DNA of 64,000 nucleotides from Candidatus Eiseniibacteriota bacterium (GTDB lineage Bacteria; Eisenbacteria; RBG-16-71-46), in NCBI GenBank assembly GCA_963707915.1, contig OY970178.1, positions 2,560,001 to 2,624,000 on the forward strand, in the 5' to 3' direction. Positions 44,156 through 53,041 of the stretch are shown here, in pieces. Positions within the stretch are counted from its first letter, which is position 1. Each line of letters opens with the position of its first letter. The translations under genes were made by a program, and so were the position numbers. Below the pieces are notes generated by a model. The model worked only from the letters and a program-made list of their open reading frames with translations. It ran no database searches and was not told the DNA's origin.

Positions 44156-44496
44156 CCGCGTCACTCACCTCGCGCAAGGGCCAAGTTCGCCGCGGAGGAT
44201 GCGGGTGCGATGCGGGTGTCCCGATTCCGCGCAGGAACGACGGGCTCGCCGCGCGGTGCCGACGCGGCGGGCCTCGCGGCTCATCGCGGTCGCCCTGCGG
44301 CCCCGGAGGGAGCCTGCGCCCGCCGCGCGCACCCGGCGGCGGTCTCGGACGGCGGCGGTCGTCCGGGCGGGGCCGTGCGGACGCGGTGCCCCGGGTCACG
44401 GTTTCTCTTGCAGCGGTCTCGGCACGGTGGGATGTTCCCGGTGGCCCCGGCGGGCTTGCATGTCGGTTCCGGTCGTTCTTCAGAGAGCGGGACGCC

Positions 44497-44859
44497 ATGT
44501 CACGAGTCATGCTGTTCCACTGCCAGGCGGCGGAGGAGCGCGCGCTCCTCGGCGATGACCTGAATTTCGTGTGCTGCGACGACTGCGAGGAGCTCCTCTC
44601 CGAGGTCGTGCGGCACCCGCCCGACGTCGTGGTCTACGAGGTCAGGCCCCGGAGCATGTCGGACCTCGCCGTGCTGCGGCTGCTGCGGCGCGTGGCGCCG
44701 CGCTTGCCATTGGTCCTGGTCGGGGAGGGCACGGCGCCGGCCTGGGACGCCCCCGCGGAGCTGGCGCCCCTCTATCGCTCCCCGTTGCCGGTGGAGCGCC
44801 GCGGCCTGCGCAGGGTCGTCCGCCGCGCGCTCGCGACGCGCCCCGTCATCGCGGGCTGA
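44497..44859 (+). CDS. Small atypical receiver (CheY-like) domain protein
   Basis: PPDVVVYEV...AVLRLLRRVAPRLPLVLV pattern resembles a REC fold; about 120 aa. Confidence 0.6.
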   Translation: MSRVMLFHCQAAEERALLGDDLNFVCCDDCEELLSEVVRHPPDVVVYEVRPRSMSDLAVLRLLRRVAPRLPLVLVGEGTAPAWDAPAELAPLYRSPLPVERRGLRRVVRRALATRPVIAG

Positions 44860-44928
44860 CCGGGCCGGGGCGGCCGGGCCGGGCGGCCGGGACGCGCGGG
44901 GTGGTACCGCGGGCCCGGCCGGGGCTGC

Positions 44929-47016
44929 CTACTTCTCCCTGGGCTTCTTCTCCGCGGCGGCGGCCTTCGCCGCCTCGTCGGCCTCGATCCGTGCCCATTC
45001 GGAGCCGTGCTCGTGCCGCAGTTGCTCCTCGCTGATGAGCCCCGTCACCCAGGACCAGTTCATCGGGTAGACGTCGGGGTTCAGGATGTTCTGGTAGAGG
45101 TGCCAGATCAGGATGGCGAGGAACGCCAGCCAGGCCTCGTAGTAGTGCACCAGCGTGGAGAGATCGAGGACCCACTTGGGCATCCACTGCAGCGAATGGT
45201 TCGCGAACCACAGCAGGAGGCCCGTGACCGTCATCACGATCGTGCCCCAGACCAGGGCCCAGTACTCCGCCTTCTCGATGTAGTTGAAGCGGTCGAAGGC
45301 GGGCGGCTCGTGCCGCAACCCCACCAGGTACAGGACGTTGCCCCAGGCCTCGCGCACGTCGCGGAGCGACGGCAGCAGCGCCAGGATCAACCCGCTGCCC
45401 CGCCGGGTGAACAGGTAGACGACGTGGCCGAGGGAGGTCACGATCATGACGACCGCGGCGATCCGGTGGATGACGCTGCGCCAGGCGAACCCCGCCTCCA
45501 GGTGCGCCAGCCACGCGAACAGCCAGGACTCGGGGAACTTCAGGGCGAAACCGGTCCAGACCAGGGTGAAGAAGCTGACCATCAGCAGGACGTGCTGCAG
45601 CCGCTCGATCGGGACGCTGCGGACGTACCAGCGGCCGTGGGAGCGCTCGGGGGCCGGCTCGCCCCGGTAGACCCGGTAGTGGCGGCGACTCTTGCGGATG
45701 AAGTCGAGCGCCTGGTGCACGAACATGCCACCGCACACCCCGAAGATGAGCCACAGGTAGATCAGCCGGGTGTAGTAGAGGATCGGGCTCGAATGCGTGG
45801 CGAGCTGGACGTGCACCTTCCCGAGCGTGGCCCACTTGTCCGCCCCGGCGTGGCACTTTCCGCAGGTCTTTCCCAGCTGCGCCGGGCTCACCGCCGAGCG
45901 CGGGTCGCTCGACGGCAGGATTTCGTGGAAACCGTGACAGGAAGCGCAGTTAGCCACCGCCTTCGATCCGCCGCGAGACGCCAGGCCGTGGAAGGAATCA
46001 CGATATGTCGTGAGTCTTCCGGCCGGAAGACCGTACGTCTCGCGGATGCCCTGGGCCTCGTGGCAGCGCGAGCAGGTGCTGTTCACCTGGGAGGCCATGA
46101 CCGGCGAGGAGGCGTCGCCGGGGCCGCGAATGACGTGCTCGCCGTGGCAGTCGGTGCAGTTGGGCGCCTTGGTGACGCCGCGGCGCAAGGCCTGTCCGTG
46201 GATGCCGGTCTCGAAGGCGGCGAATTCCTTGGTATGGCAGCGGCCGCAGGTGTGCGGGACGTTGGTGCGGTAGATGGACGACGTGGGGTCGTTGGCCCGT
46301 CTCAGGTCGTGGCTTTCGTGGCAGTCGCTGCAGGTCGCCGCCCGTGGGTCCTTCGACTTCCCGTGCACGCTCTGGGTGTAGAGCGCGTAGGCCTCGGGGA
46401 TGGTGATCCGGCGCCGGGTCATGAGTGCGCGGTTGGCGTGGCAGCGGGCGCAGGTGTGCGGCAGGTTGGCCCGGTAGACCGGCGAGGCCGGGTCGGTGTG
46501 CGGGCGGATCGAGTGGAATGGCCCGTGGCAGTCCTGGCAGGTGGAGGCCTCGGGGTCGCCGCGCGCCGGCGCGGTGCCGTGGACGCTGGTGCGGTACTGC
46601 TCGGTCACGCGCAGGTGGCAGCCGGCGCAGTCGTCGGTTCCCCGCCGCGTGGGCCGGCGTACCTGGTGGCCCTTGCCGTGGCAGCCCAGGCAGCCCGCCT
46701 CGCGCGGGCCGGCGGCCTGCCGGTGGGCGCTGCCCGCGATCGCGGCGGCGGCGTCCTGGTGGCACGCGCCGCAGCGGACCTGCGGCAGCGTGGGGGCGTG
46801 GGGCAGCTCCGTCATGCCCCTGTGGCAGGCCACGCACGCCAGCCGTCCATGCGGGGAGATCTTGAGCCGTGCGAGATCCACGTACGCCGTGCCGCCGCTG
46901 CTGCGTTCGAGCGATGGTTCGGAGTGGCAGTTCATGCACAGGTCGTTGCTCAGGGGCTCCGCCAGCGTCGGCAGGGCGGCGAGGACGGCCAGCAGCGCGG
47001 CCGCCAGCAAGCTCAT
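44929..47016 (-). CDS. CbcL-like fusion: 13-heme cytochrome c + FdnI-type cytochrome b
   Basis: 13 CxxCH counted; C-terminal TM domain with RLQH, IHR..H, EKAEYWALVWG, LVHYYE..WH. Start is uncertain. Confidence 0.9.
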   Translation of the reverse strand: MSLLAAALLAVLAALPTLAEPLSNDLCMNCHSEPSLERSSGGTAYVDLARLKISPHGRLACVACHRGMTELPHAPTLPQVRCGACHQDAAAAIAGSAHRQAAGPREAGCLGCHGKGHQVRRPTRRGTDDCAGCHLRVTEQYRTSVHGTAPARGDPEASTCQDCHGPFHSIRPHTDPASPVYRANLPHTCARCHANRALMTRRRITIPEAYALYTQSVHGKSKDPRAATCSDCHESHDLRRANDPTSSIYRTNVPHTCGRCHTKEFAAFETGIHGQALRRGVTKAPNCTDCHGEHVIRGPGDASSPVMASQVNSTCSRCHEAQGIRETYGLPAGRLTTYRDSFHGLASRGGSKAVANCASCHGFHEILPSSDPRSAVSPAQLGKTCGKCHAGADKWATLGKVHVQLATHSSPILYYTRLIYLWLIFGVCGGMFVHQALDFIRKSRRHYRVYRGEPAPERSHGRWYVRSVPIERLQHVLLMVSFFTLVWTGFALKFPESWLFAWLAHLEAGFAWRSVIHRIAAVVMIVTSLGHVVYLFTRRGSGLILALLPSLRDVREAWGNVLYLVGLRHEPPAFDRFNYIEKAEYWALVWGTIVMTVTGLLLWFANHSLQWMPKWVLDLSTLVHYYEAWLAFLAILIWHLYQNILNPDVYPMNWSWVTGLISEEQLRHEHGSEWARIEADEAAKAAAAEKKPREK

Positions 47017-47249
47017 CCAGGCCCGGGGCAGTCGCGCGCGCTCCGGGACTCCTCCAAGCGGGGCCGAAAACCGGGAATGGACTCGAGTCACGCCGGTATA
47101 TCTCCGGGAAGGGGACGGCCGGACCTCGCTGCCCCGGAGCCGGAGACCGCGGAAGAGGTCCGCGGGCAAGGCGTTCGAGCGACGAAGCCGTAGGTTGGCA
47201 ACAGACGGGGGCATGGTACCACGGGAGGCCTTGCTATCGGGACGACAAT

Positions 47250-47265
47250 TCAGTAAAACTACTGA
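47250..47265. promoter_or_regulatory. Inverted-repeat operator candidate between divergent cytochrome genes
   Basis: TCAGTA-AAAC-TACTGA, AT-rich, inside a 470-bp divergent intergenic region. Confidence 0.5.
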
Positions 47266-47486
47266 CGTCTGTGGCCGGTCGGGCAAGGCAGGGTATCGCC
47301 CCCGGATCGGCCAGCGCAAGGAATCGAGCGAAGCTGCGGCGCCCGGAGGTTCCCGGGTCCCGCGGACGCGACCTCGGTCCTCCATGCGGAAGTCGGTTAC
47401 TCTGCGAGACGAGTCTCGTGGATCGCACACGACGCCTCGGCCTCGCGTTCCCAGGCAGGCCGTCACCTTCAATACCGGAGGGACAG

Positions 47487-48029
47487 ATGATCAAGAGGAT
47501 CCTCGCGTTGGTCGTGATGGGGGTGCTGGCGGCGAGCGTCGCGGCGCAGGCCGCGGACGCGCCGAAGAACGATTACGTCGGCGCGAGCCCGAAGGCATGC
47601 ATGTGCCACTTCAAGGAGTTCAAGGCGTGGTCGACGACCCCGCACGCGCACGCCCTCGAGGGCCTGAAGGCCACCACTCCCGAGCAGCTGAAGAAGATGA
47701 ACGAGATCCTCAAGTCCGCGGTCAAGGACCATCCCGAGACCGACGCGGCGTGCGTGGGCTGCCACGTGACCGGCTACAAGCAGGGCGGCTACCCGGCGGC
47801 CGATTCGATCAAGACCGCAGCGCTGGCGCACGTGGGCTGCGAGGTCTGCCACGGCCCCGCCAAGAACCACCTCGCGGTGCCGGCCAGCGACAAGGCGGGC
47901 CGGAAGGCCTCCATGCTGATCCCGACCGCCGAGACCTGCAAGAAGTGCCACACGGCGGAGATCTCGCCCAAGTTCGATTTCGCCGTGATGAGCAAGAAGG
48001 TGCATCCCATCGCCGCAGCGGCGAAGTAA
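47487..48029 (+). CDS. Periplasmic c554-like tetraheme cytochrome c (3 CxxCH + 1 CxCH)
   Basis: GGAGGG RBS, signal peptide, YVG..CMCH, CVGCH, VGCEVCHGP, CKKCH. Confidence 0.9.
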   Translation: MIKRILALVVMGVLAASVAAQAADAPKNDYVGASPKACMCHFKEFKAWSTTPHAHALEGLKATTPEQLKKMNEILKSAVKDHPETDAACVGCHVTGYKQGGYPAADSIKTAALAHVGCEVCHGPAKNHLAVPASDKAGRKASMLIPTAETCKKCHTAEISPKFDFAVMSKKVHPIAAAAK

Positions 48030-48050
48030 GCGATCCGAAGCCCAGCGACG

Positions 48051-50891
48051 ATGAAGGACAGCGCGGGTCGGCCGGCGGTTCGCAGGCCGGCCCGCGTTTC
48101 GCATGCCGGGCTCGTGGCGCTGGCGGCGGCGTTGTTCGCCGGCGCGCTGCTCCACGCGGCCTCGTGGGCGGCGCCCGAGGCGCCCAGGCCGCTCCCCGGC
48201 GCCGACGCTTGCGAGGGTTGCCACGAGGCCGGTCCGCCGCTCGCGAAGCGTGACGCGGATACGCCGCCACGCTTCGACGCCGCGGGGCTGCGCGCCTCGC
48301 CGCACGCGGCGCTGACCTGCACCGCCTGCCACGCGGACCTCGAGGGCAAGGACTTCCCGCACGAGGCGAAGCCGGCGCCGGTGCGCTGCGGCGGCTGCCA
48401 CGCGGCCGAGCAGCGCCAGTACGGCGAGAGCCTGCACGGCCAGGCCGCCTCGCGCGGGGAGAAGCTCGCGCCCTCGTGCAAGGAGTGCCACGGACGGCAC
48501 GCCGTCCTGCCGCGCAGCGACCCGCGCTCGCCCACCAACACGGTCAACGTCCCGGCGCTGTGCGGACGCTGCCACCACGAAGGCTCGCCGGTCCAGCTCA
48601 CCTACCACATCCCGCAGGACTCGATCCTCGCCAACTACTCCGAGTCCATGCACGGCGAGGGGCTGTTCAAGAAGGGGCTCCTGACGACGGCGGTGTGCAC
48701 CTCGTGCCACACCGCGCACCACGTCCTGCCGCACACCGACCCGCGCTCGAGCATCGCCCGGCGCAACGTGGTCGCCACCTGCACGCAGTGCCACGTGCGC
48801 ATCGAGCAGGTGCACCGCAAGATCATCAACGGCGTGCTGTGGGAGAACCGCCCCAACGACATCCCCGCCTGCGTGGACTGCCACCAGCCGCACAAGGCAC
48901 GCCGGGTCTTCTACACGCAGGGCATGGCCGACGCCGATTGCCAGTCGTGCCACGGCCGGCGCGCGCTCAAGGCGCAGGACGGCCGCTCGATGTTCGTGGA
49001 CCCGGCCGAGCTGCAGGGCTCCCGCCACGCCCGGATCGCCTGCGCGCAGTGCCACAGCGAGGCGCAGCCCTCGCACGCCCGGCCCTGCTCGACGATCACG
49101 CGCCGGGTGGACTGCTCGGTCTGCCACGCCGAGGTGGTGGACACCTACCGGAAGAGCACCCACGGGCAGCTGGCCGCCAAGGGCAGCCCCGACGCCCCGG
49201 GATGCCGCGACTGCCACGGCACGCACGGCATCCAGGGGCACCTGCAGTCGGACGCGCCGACCTACGCGCGCAACGTCCCGGCGCTGTGCGGGCGCTGCCA
49301 CCTGAGCGGCAAGAAGGCGCAAGTGCGCTATCGCGGGCCGGAGCGCCGGGTGGTGGAGTCCTACGTCGAGAGCATCCACGGCAAGGGGCTGCTCGAGAGC
49401 GGTCTCACCGTGACCGCGACCTGCGTGGACTGCCATACCACCCACGGCGAGCTGCCGCACACCGACCCGGCGTCCAGCGTCAACCCGGCGAACGTGGCGA
49501 AGACCTGCGCGAACTGCCACCGGGGGATCTACGAGCTCTACACGGCCAGCGTGCACTCGCCCTCGGTGACGAAGTCCAAGCGGCCGCTGCCCACCTGCTC
49601 GGACTGCCACTCGGCCCACACCATCAACCGCACCGACCGGCAGGACTTCAAGTTCGCGATCATGAGCCAGTGCGGCAAGTGCCACCGGGAGCTGGCGGAG
49701 ACCTACTTCGAGACCTACCACGGCAAGGTGTCGCGGCTCGGCTACCTCAAGACCGCGAAGTGCTACGACTGCCACGGCGCCCACGACATCCAGCCCAACT
49801 GGGATCCACGCTCGCACCTGTCACGGCAGAACATCGTGAAGACCTGCGCCGGGTGCCACCCCGGCTCGAACCGGCGCTTCGCCGGCTACCTGACCCACGC
49901 CACCCACCACGAGCCGCACAAGTACCCGGCGCTGTTCTTCGCCTTCTGGGGCATGACCGGGCTGCTGGTGGGCACCTTCGGCTTCTTCGGCCTCCACACC
50001 CTCGCCTGGCTGCCGCGCTCGCTCGCGTACCGGCGCGAGCTCGCGAAGACGCACGCCGGGGAGAGCGGGCTCCACGTGCGGCGCTTCCCGCCGCTCTACC
50101 GCAACCTGCACCTGATGGTGATCGTCTCCTTCCTCGGTCTGGCGCTCACCGGCATGACGCTCAAGTTCTCCTACTCGACCTGGGCCTACGTGCTGGCGCG
50201 CGCGCTCGGCGGCTTCGAGGCGGCGGGCTTCATCCACCGGGTCTGCGCGGGGATCACCTTCGCCTACTTCCTGCTGCACGTGCGCGACATGGTCCGGCGC
50301 AAGACGAAGTCCGGCGCGTCCTGGCGGACGTTCGTCGCCGGCGCGAGCGGCATGCTGCCCGGCCCCCGGGACCTCCAGGAATTCTGGCAGTCGATGAAGT
50401 GGTTCGCGGGCCGCGGCCCGCGGCCGCAGTACGGGCGCTGGACCTACTGGGAGAAGTTCGACTACTTCGCGGTGTTCTGGGGCGTGGCCATGATCGGCTC
50501 GACCGGTCTGGTGCTGTGGTTCCCGACCTTCTTCACCCGCTTCCTGCCCGGCATCTTCATCAACCTGGCGACCATCATCCACAGCGACGAGGCGCTGCTC
50601 GCGGTGGGCTTCATCTTCACCGTGCACTTCTTCAACACGCACTTCCGGCCCGAGAAGTTCCCCATGGACACGGTGATTTTCACCGGCACGGTGCCGCTGG
50701 AGGAGTTCAAGGCGGACCGGCCGCGCGAGTACGAGGAACTGCAGGCGAGCGGCGAGCTGGAGTCCCGCATCGAGCCCGCGCCCGCGCCGCGCACGGTGCG
50801 CGCCTGGCGCATCTTCGGCTTCATCGCGCTGTCGGTCGGGATCCTGATGGTGCTGCTCATCCTCTACGCCGCGATCTTCGGCTACCGCTAG
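48051..50891 (+). CDS. CbcL-like fusion: 19-heme cytochrome c + FdnI-type cytochrome b
   Basis: 19 CxxCH counted; TM domain with RNLH, IHR..H, YWEKFDYFAVFWG, IIHSDEALLA..VHFFNTH. Confidence 0.93.
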   Translation: MKDSAGRPAVRRPARVSHAGLVALAAALFAGALLHAASWAAPEAPRPLPGADACEGCHEAGPPLAKRDADTPPRFDAAGLRASPHAALTCTACHADLEGKDFPHEAKPAPVRCGGCHAAEQRQYGESLHGQAASRGEKLAPSCKECHGRHAVLPRSDPRSPTNTVNVPALCGRCHHEGSPVQLTYHIPQDSILANYSESMHGEGLFKKGLLTTAVCTSCHTAHHVLPHTDPRSSIARRNVVATCTQCHVRIEQVHRKIINGVLWENRPNDIPACVDCHQPHKARRVFYTQGMADADCQSCHGRRALKAQDGRSMFVDPAELQGSRHARIACAQCHSEAQPSHARPCSTITRRVDCSVCHAEVVDTYRKSTHGQLAAKGSPDAPGCRDCHGTHGIQGHLQSDAPTYARNVPALCGRCHLSGKKAQVRYRGPERRVVESYVESIHGKGLLESGLTVTATCVDCHTTHGELPHTDPASSVNPANVAKTCANCHRGIYELYTASVHSPSVTKSKRPLPTCSDCHSAHTINRTDRQDFKFAIMSQCGKCHRELAETYFETYHGKVSRLGYLKTAKCYDCHGAHDIQPNWDPRSHLSRQNIVKTCAGCHPGSNRRFAGYLTHATHHEPHKYPALFFAFWGMTGLLVGTFGFFGLHTLAWLPRSLAYRRELAKTHAGESGLHVRRFPPLYRNLHLMVIVSFLGLALTGMTLKFSYSTWAYVLARALGGFEAAGFIHRVCAGITFAYFLLHVRDMVRRKTKSGASWRTFVAGASGMLPGPRDLQEFWQSMKWFAGRGPRPQYGRWTYWEKFDYFAVFWGVAMIGSTGLVLWFPTFFTRFLPGIFINLATIIHSDEALLAVGFIFTVHFFNTHFRPEKFPMDTVIFTGTVPLEEFKADRPREYEELQASGELESRIEPAPAPRTVRAWRIFGFIALSVGILMVLLILYAAIFGYR

Positions 50892-50960
50892 GCGGTCCGG
50901 CCCGGGCTCCCCGCCGCGCGGCCGACCGGATCGCTCGCGCGCGGGGAACCGCCCGAAGGT

Positions 50961-51308
50961 CTACGCCACCGCCCGTCCCGCGTGGAGGTGCGCCAGCGCC
51001 TCGGTCACGCTGGTGAAGAGCGGCAGCGCGCCGGAGAGGTGGGTGACGCCGAGCAGCCAGCGCTGGGGGCGGTCGGCACCGCACAGCGCGACGCCCCCGC
51101 CGTTCGCCGAGGCGAGCTTCTGTGCCCGGGCGAGCAGGCCCAGGCAGTGCGCGGTCAGCACGCGCGCGTGGCTGAGGTCCACCACCACGCGGCGGCCCTG
51201 GCCGGCCAGCGCGATGAGCTCGCGTTCCAGTTCGTCGCAGGCGGCCCCTTCGAGGAAGTTCCCGCTCGGTTGGAGCACCACCAGCTCGTCAAACGCGTGT
51301 GAAGTCAT
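50961..51308 (-). CDS. STAS-domain (anti-sigma-factor antagonist-like) protein
   Basis: 115 aa; VVVDLS..L....LGLL...K....GG.V.L; upstream GAAAGGA RBS. Confidence 0.8.
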   Translation of the reverse strand: MTSHAFDELVVLQPSGNFLEGAACDELERELIALAGQGRRVVVDLSHARVLTAHCLGLLARAQKLASANGGGVALCGADRPQRWLLGVTHLSGALPLFTSVTEALAHLHAGRAVA

Positions 51309-51539
51309 GTCCGGCGTCCTTTCTCGGACCGGCTGGTCGCTCCGGCCTCATCTCCTCTGACGGCGGGCCGGTCCGGAAGGTTGCACCCGGGCGACCAGCG
51401 CGCCCGGGACCGGGGGCGAACGCGGCGCCGTTTTCGCTGGACGCGGGCACTCCCGCCGCGTAGCCTGCGGTCTGCCGTGTCCGCACGCTCGGGGAGGCCG
51501 GCCCCCGAGGCTGGGCAGCACCCTGCGAGGGCACCCCTC

Positions 51540-51971
51540 ATGAAACGCCGCACCTTCCTCGACGCGGTCATCGCCGCGGCCGGAGCCGCCCTGGGGGCCT
51601 TCGTGCTCTACCCGGTCGCGCGCTACCTCGTACCCCCGAAGGCCCCCGAGGACACCACGCGCCGGGTCGTCGCCGCCAAGCAGGACGAAGTGGCCCCGGG
51701 TGGCTTCAAGATCTTCCCCTTCGGCGGCGAGCCCGGCATCCTGATCCGCGGCAAGGACGGCGGTTACCGCGCCCTCTCCGCGGTCTGCACGCACCTGGGG
51801 TGCACCGTCCAGCTCCGCCCCGACGGCCAGTCCATCTGGTGCGCCTGCCACAACGGCCTCTACGACCTCGAGGGACGCAACATCTCCGGGCCGCCGCCGC
51901 GGCCGCTCGAGTCCTACGTCGTGCACGTCGTCGGCGGGGACGTCGTGGTCGAGAAGGCGAAGGGCGCATGA
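51540..51971 (+). CDS. Rieske [2Fe-2S] subunit 1
   Basis: Tat signal MKRRTFL, CTHLGC, CACHNG.Y, GPPPRPL. Confidence 0.93.
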   Translation: MKRRTFLDAVIAAAGAALGAFVLYPVARYLVPPKAPEDTTRRVVAAKQDEVAPGGFKIFPFGGEPGILIRGKDGGYRALSAVCTHLGCTVQLRPDGQSIWCACHNGLYDLEGRNISGPPPRPLESYVVHVVGGDVVVEKAKGA

Positions 51972-53041
51972 GCCTGAACGACTGGCTGCGGGAACGGCTC
52001 GGCCTGGAGGCGCTCGATCACGTGATCGAGCAGAAGCGCGTGCCCGTCCACCGTCATTCGTTCTGGTACTACTGGGGCGGGATGACGCTGTTCCTCTTCG
52101 GGGTCCAGGTGGTGACCGGCATCCTGCTGGTCCTCTACTACCGGGCGAGCGCCGACGAGGCCTACGAGAGCGTCCGCTTCCTGATGACGCAGGTGTCGTT
52201 CGGCTGGCTCATCCGCTCGATCCACTCCTGGTCCGCGAACCTGATGGTGGGCGCGGCCATGATCCACATGTTCAGCGCCTTCATGCTCAAGGCCTACCGC
52301 CGGCCGCGCGAGGCGACCTGGCTCACCGGCATGGCGCTCTTCGTGCTGTGCCTGGCCTTCGGCTTCAGCGGCTACCTGCTGCCGTGGAACCAGCTGGCGT
52401 TCTTCGCCACCAAGGTGGGCACGGACATCATGGGGAGCGTGCCGCTGGTCGGCCCCTTCCTCGCGCGACTGCTGCGCGGCGGCGACCAGATCACCGGCGG
52501 AACGCTCACGCGGTTCTTCGGCTTCCACGTGGCCATCCTGCCGCTGTGCATGACGGCGCTGCTGGGCGTCCACCTGTTCCTGGTGCAGTGGCACGGCATG
52601 AGCGTGCCGCCCGGCCTCGAGCCGCCCGCGGCCGCGCCGAAGAAGGAGATGAAGTTCGTCCCCGACTTCCTGCTGCGTGACCTGGTGGGCTGGCTCGCGG
52701 CACTGGGCGCGCTCGCCCTGCTGGCGGCGCTGTTCCCCTGGGAGCTGGGGCTCAAGGCCGACCCGTACGCGTTCGCGCCCGCCGGCATCAAGCCCGAGTG
52801 GTACTTCGGCTACATGTTCCAGACCCTGCGCATGATCCCTTCGAAGGTGCTCGGGGTCGAGGGCGAGCTGCTGGGCATCGTGGGCTTCGGGCTGGGCGCC
52901 CTGGTCTGGGCGCTGGTCCCGTTCCTCGACTCGCCCGACGGCCGCGGCCCGCGGGCGCGCGCCTGGCGGGTGATCGGCGTGCTGGCGATGCTCTACGTGG
53001 TCGTGTTCACCTTGCTGGTCTACCGCGGAGGCCCGTCTTGA
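51968..53041 (+). CDS. Cytochrome b 1 (b6 + subunit IV-like fusion), canonical
   Basis: All four heme His present (HSWSAN..IH; FHVA..VH), GYLLPW, PEWY; start overlaps the Rieske stop. Confidence 0.94.
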   Translation: MSLNDWLRERLGLEALDHVIEQKRVPVHRHSFWYYWGGMTLFLFGVQVVTGILLVLYYRASADEAYESVRFLMTQVSFGWLIRSIHSWSANLMVGAAMIHMFSAFMLKAYRRPREATWLTGMALFVLCLAFGFSGYLLPWNQLAFFATKVGTDIMGSVPLVGPFLARLLRGGDQITGGTLTRFFGFHVAILPLCMTALLGVHLFLVQWHGMSVPPGLEPPAAAPKKEMKFVPDFLLRDLVGWLAALGALALLAALFPWELGLKADPYAFAPAGIKPEWYFGYMFQTLRMIPSKVLGVEGELLGIVGFGLGALVWALVPFLDSPDGRGPRARAWRVIGVLAMLYVVVFTLLVYRGGPS

